NCBI RefSeq assembly: GCF_041956535.1
Contig: NW_027192197.1
Span: 321,829 to 385,828 of the forward strand
DNA: 64,000 nt
Reading direction: 5' to 3'
Source of the DNA: Calcarisporiella thermophila CBS 279.70
Lineage: Eukaryota > Fungi > Calcarisporiellomycota
Program-made: the position numbers and the translations under genes
Shown here: one piece after another, positions 60,741 through 64,000 of the stretch
Numbering within the stretch: the first letter of the stretch is position 1
Layout: the number at the start of each line of letters is the position of its first letter
The notes under the pieces: generated by a model
What the model was told of the DNA's origin: nothing
The model's input: only the letters and a program-made list of their open reading frames with translations
Database searches by the model: none

Positions 60741-63700
60741 ATGTCTACAACAACTCTTTTCCGTTCTGAGGAAATGTCCCTCATCCAGCTTTACATCCCA
60801 ACAGAAGTTGCTCACGCCACCGTTGCTGAACTAGGAGAGCTTGGCCTAGTTCAGTTTAGAGATGTAAGCTCGGAAATAAACTCCCTATTCAATTTCGTTT
60901 ACCATAGTAATTCTGAAACTATACAATCTTTCACAGTTAAATCCAGATGTTAACGCTTTTCAGCGCGCTTTTGTTTCTGAAATTCGAAGATTCGATGAGT
61001 TAGAGAGGAAATGCCGTGAGTATTTCGATTTTAATTTAATTTTATTTTATGATTCAATGATTTTAAATAATATTTTATTTGATAAGGATTCTTTTCCTCC
61101 CAGCTTGAAAAAGTTGATATACCGATAAGACCACTCACTACATCAGCATACCTCTCCCGTGCTCGCCATGCTCAAGAAATCGACGATCTTGAAGCTACAC
61201 TCACCGATCACGAAACGAAGATTCTTCAGATGAACAGTTCATATGAAACTTTACAAAGACGCTATCTTGAACTGACAGAGCTGAGACACGTACTTAAAGA
61301 GACGGCAGTCTTTTTTGAAGAGGTGAAATATTATCATGGAATGATTTATAATTTGCTTTATAACTTGATTGCGTTTATATAAGGCTGAATCACGGCAAGA
61401 AGATATCCGTAATTCATTTGATGAAAGCACGGCGCCACTCCTTGAACACGATTTGGAAGCACAGCGTAATGAAAGCTCCATCAGCATCGGGTATGTGTCG
61501 GGTGTCATCTCTCGCGCCCGGTTGCAAACATTTGAACGTGTTCTATGGCGCGCGCTCCGCGGTAACCTATATATGAATTACGCCGAAATCGATGAGCCCA
61601 TCACTGATCCTGCTACTGATGAGCTTGTAGGAAAAAAACGTTTTTATTATCTTTGGACATGGAAGAGAACTTCTCAACAAGATCCGTAAACTCTCAGAAA
61701 GCCTGGGAGCGACACTTTATACAATTGATGCATCTGCTGAAAAACGACGGGAGCAATTAGCAGAGGTTACAGCAAGAATCGAAGATATTAATAATGTAAA
61801 TAATAATTACATATATTGCATTTGTATATATAACATTGAATTCATCCATTTGATTAGGTCCTCTCTAACACTAATCAAACTCGCCGAGCGGAATTGCTCA
61901 AAGTTGCAGAGAACATTTCTGCATGGAGCACGATTGTCAAAAAGGAGAAGGCAACATATAGTGCAATGAATTTATTTAATTATGACAGTAACCGAAAATG
62001 TCTGATTGCCGAAGGATGGTGCCCTACTATGGATATCAATAGGATCCAGCTTTCGTTGAGGCAATCCACTGTAAGCATGACTCAATAATTGCAGCCTTTT
62101 ATCTCAATGGAACCTATGGATTATACTATTTGTCTTAATAATTTAGGAGGCCGCTGGCGGAATGATTCCTTCTATTCTTAATGAGCTGCGTACGACAAAG
62201 GAGCCCCCAACCTTCCATCGCACTAACAAATTTACCGCCGGCTTTCAAAATATTGTGGATGCTTATGGTGTTGCTAAGTATCGTGAAGTCAATCCTGGTC
62301 TCTTCACGATCATATCTTTTCCATTCCTTTTTGCCGTCATGTTTGGTGATCTTGGTCATGGAGCCATTCTAACTTTAATTGCACTTTGGATGGTCTTGCG
62401 CGAAAAACGCTTGGAGAAAGAAACGAACGATGAAGTAATTTAATACATTAACCCGCTTATACTTGATATCTTTTTTAATATTTATCAATAATTTTTAGAT
62501 CTTCGGGATGTTTTTCTTTGGTCGTTATATCATCTTACTTATGGGGCTATTCTCCATCTTTACGGGTCTGATCTATAATGACATATTTTCACTCTCAATG
62601 AGTCTATTTAAATCGGGATGGGAATGGCCAGAGAATTTCGAGATTGGACAAATGCTTCAAGCTAAGCAGGTTGGCGTCTATCCATTCGGAATTGACCCGG
62701 TATGTTGAATATTATCTAAAAAGAAAATGAATATTTCTGGTATAACAATTTATTGATCTCGAAAGGCTTGGCATGGTGCAACTAATAATCTGACCTTCAG
62801 CAATTCTTACAAGATGAAGCAAGCTATTATCTTTGGTGTGATTCAAGTAAATAGTCTCCACTCAGCTGATTTCTTATCCGTACGCTAATATGTGAATTTA
62901 TTATTATTTTTCTAGATGACCTTTGGTATCATCCTGACCAATTTCAATTATATTCACTTCAACCGGCGCTCCTCAGTATGGGCAGAATTTGTTCCGCAAA
63001 TACTTTTCATGATGTCTATTTTTGGTTATCTTGTGTTTACCATCATACTCAAATGGTCGATTGATTGGTATGCAACAGATGCTGACGGGAATCCTCTCCA
63101 CAACTCTCCCCCTAGTCTTCTAAATATGCTCATCTTCATGTTCCTCTCTCCTGGGAGTGTCGACCCCAAAGATCAGCTATTTCCCGGTCAAGGCCCATTG
63201 CAAGGATTTCTGTTGTTGCTTGCCATAGTTTGTGTACCCTGGATGTTATTGGCCCATCCTCTATTGCTTCGCCGAGAGCATAAACGGGTGCTTGAACAGG
63301 GATATCGTCAAATAGGAGATGTGCGAGTATCGTCTGAAGAACAAAATAGCGGTGGCGCCGTAATTACTGAGGAAATGAGCCAAGAGAATGTAAGACTCCA
63401 TTTTGATTTCATCATTAAGTTTCTCCATTTTCATATCTCTATTATACTGTAATAGCATTTTGATTTTTCAGACGTGATGATTAACCAGGGAATTCATACT
63501 ATTGAATTCTGTCTTGAGTGTATCTCTAATACAGCTTCCTATCTTCGTTTGTGGGCTCTTTCCCTTGCTCATGCCCGTAAGTGGCCATTTTCATTTTAAT
63601 TTTCTTTACGAGAATAAGCTGATTAGTGCCCATAGAATTGTCGGCGGTGCTATGGAATATGACTCTCAAGCAAGTTTTCAATTTCAAAGGCACTCTTGGT

Positions 63701-63898
63701 GTTGTCGGCTTGTTCATAGGCTTCGCAGTCTGGTTTTCCTTAACCATATTTATTCTCCTGCTCATGGAGGGTCTGTCTGCTTTCCTACACGCACTCCGTC
63801 TGCACTGGGTCGAATTCAATGGCAAGTTTTACAAAGCGTCTGGAGTCAAGTTCGAGCCTTTCTCATTTGCGAATATCTTGGATGATAAAGCTGCTTGA
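60741..63898 (+). CDS. VPH1: V-type H+-ATPase V0 subunit a (apparent 1-nt insertion at about 61630)
   Basis: [109 protein letters not shown]. Confidence 0.95.
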
Positions 63899-64000
63899 TC
63901 CACACAAGCTGCCATATAATTTACTTATAAATAAAAAGGATTTTATATTTGATATAGCTAATTTTCCACATCTATTGACAAGAATATGCAAATAGAGAAT

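Overview
Gene-dense, intron-rich eukaryotic DNA with short introns (mostly about 55-90 nt), most consistent with an early-diverging, non-Dikarya fungus (Mucoromycota/Zoopagomycota-like). That placement is inferred from fungal-type proteins together with genes yeasts lack (TMEM94, animal-type DHCR24, PA28, FANCL) and a U12-type intron. I reconstructed about 31 protein-coding loci by hand, in order: TMEM94-like (partial), TOA2, RPS4, peflin, DHCR24, ERG25, ATG22, TAPT1/EMP65, IST1, PUB1/TIA1, QTRT2, GYP7, MAG2/RNF10, PEX11, myosin regulatory light chain, PA28, mitochondrial ACP, a bHLH-zip gene with an in-frame TGA, SKI2 (spans an N gap), CBK1/NDR kinase, VPS36, DPY30, NUFIP1/RSA1, an intronless NADPH-dependent FMN reductase, dynactin p62, catalase, RMT2, EPS1-like PDI, RPA12, FANCL and V-ATPase subunit a (apparent 1-nt frameshift). 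I recognised no rRNA, tRNA, CRISPR array or transposon. The most notable signals are: (1) a textbook minor-spliceosome intron in TAPT1, plus a second degenerate candidate in the same gene; (2) a tandem DHCR24-ERG25 sterol gene pair with an SRE-like element and a 16-bp palindrome between the genes; (3) a recurring Homol-D (CAGTCACA) element 50-72 nt upstream of several start codons; (4) a PAM2-like motif at the N-terminus of MAG2/RNF10; (5) the nonsense-interrupted bHLH gene. I cannot claim a wholly new biological system; these are leads. All assignments come from manual motif recognition, not database searches.
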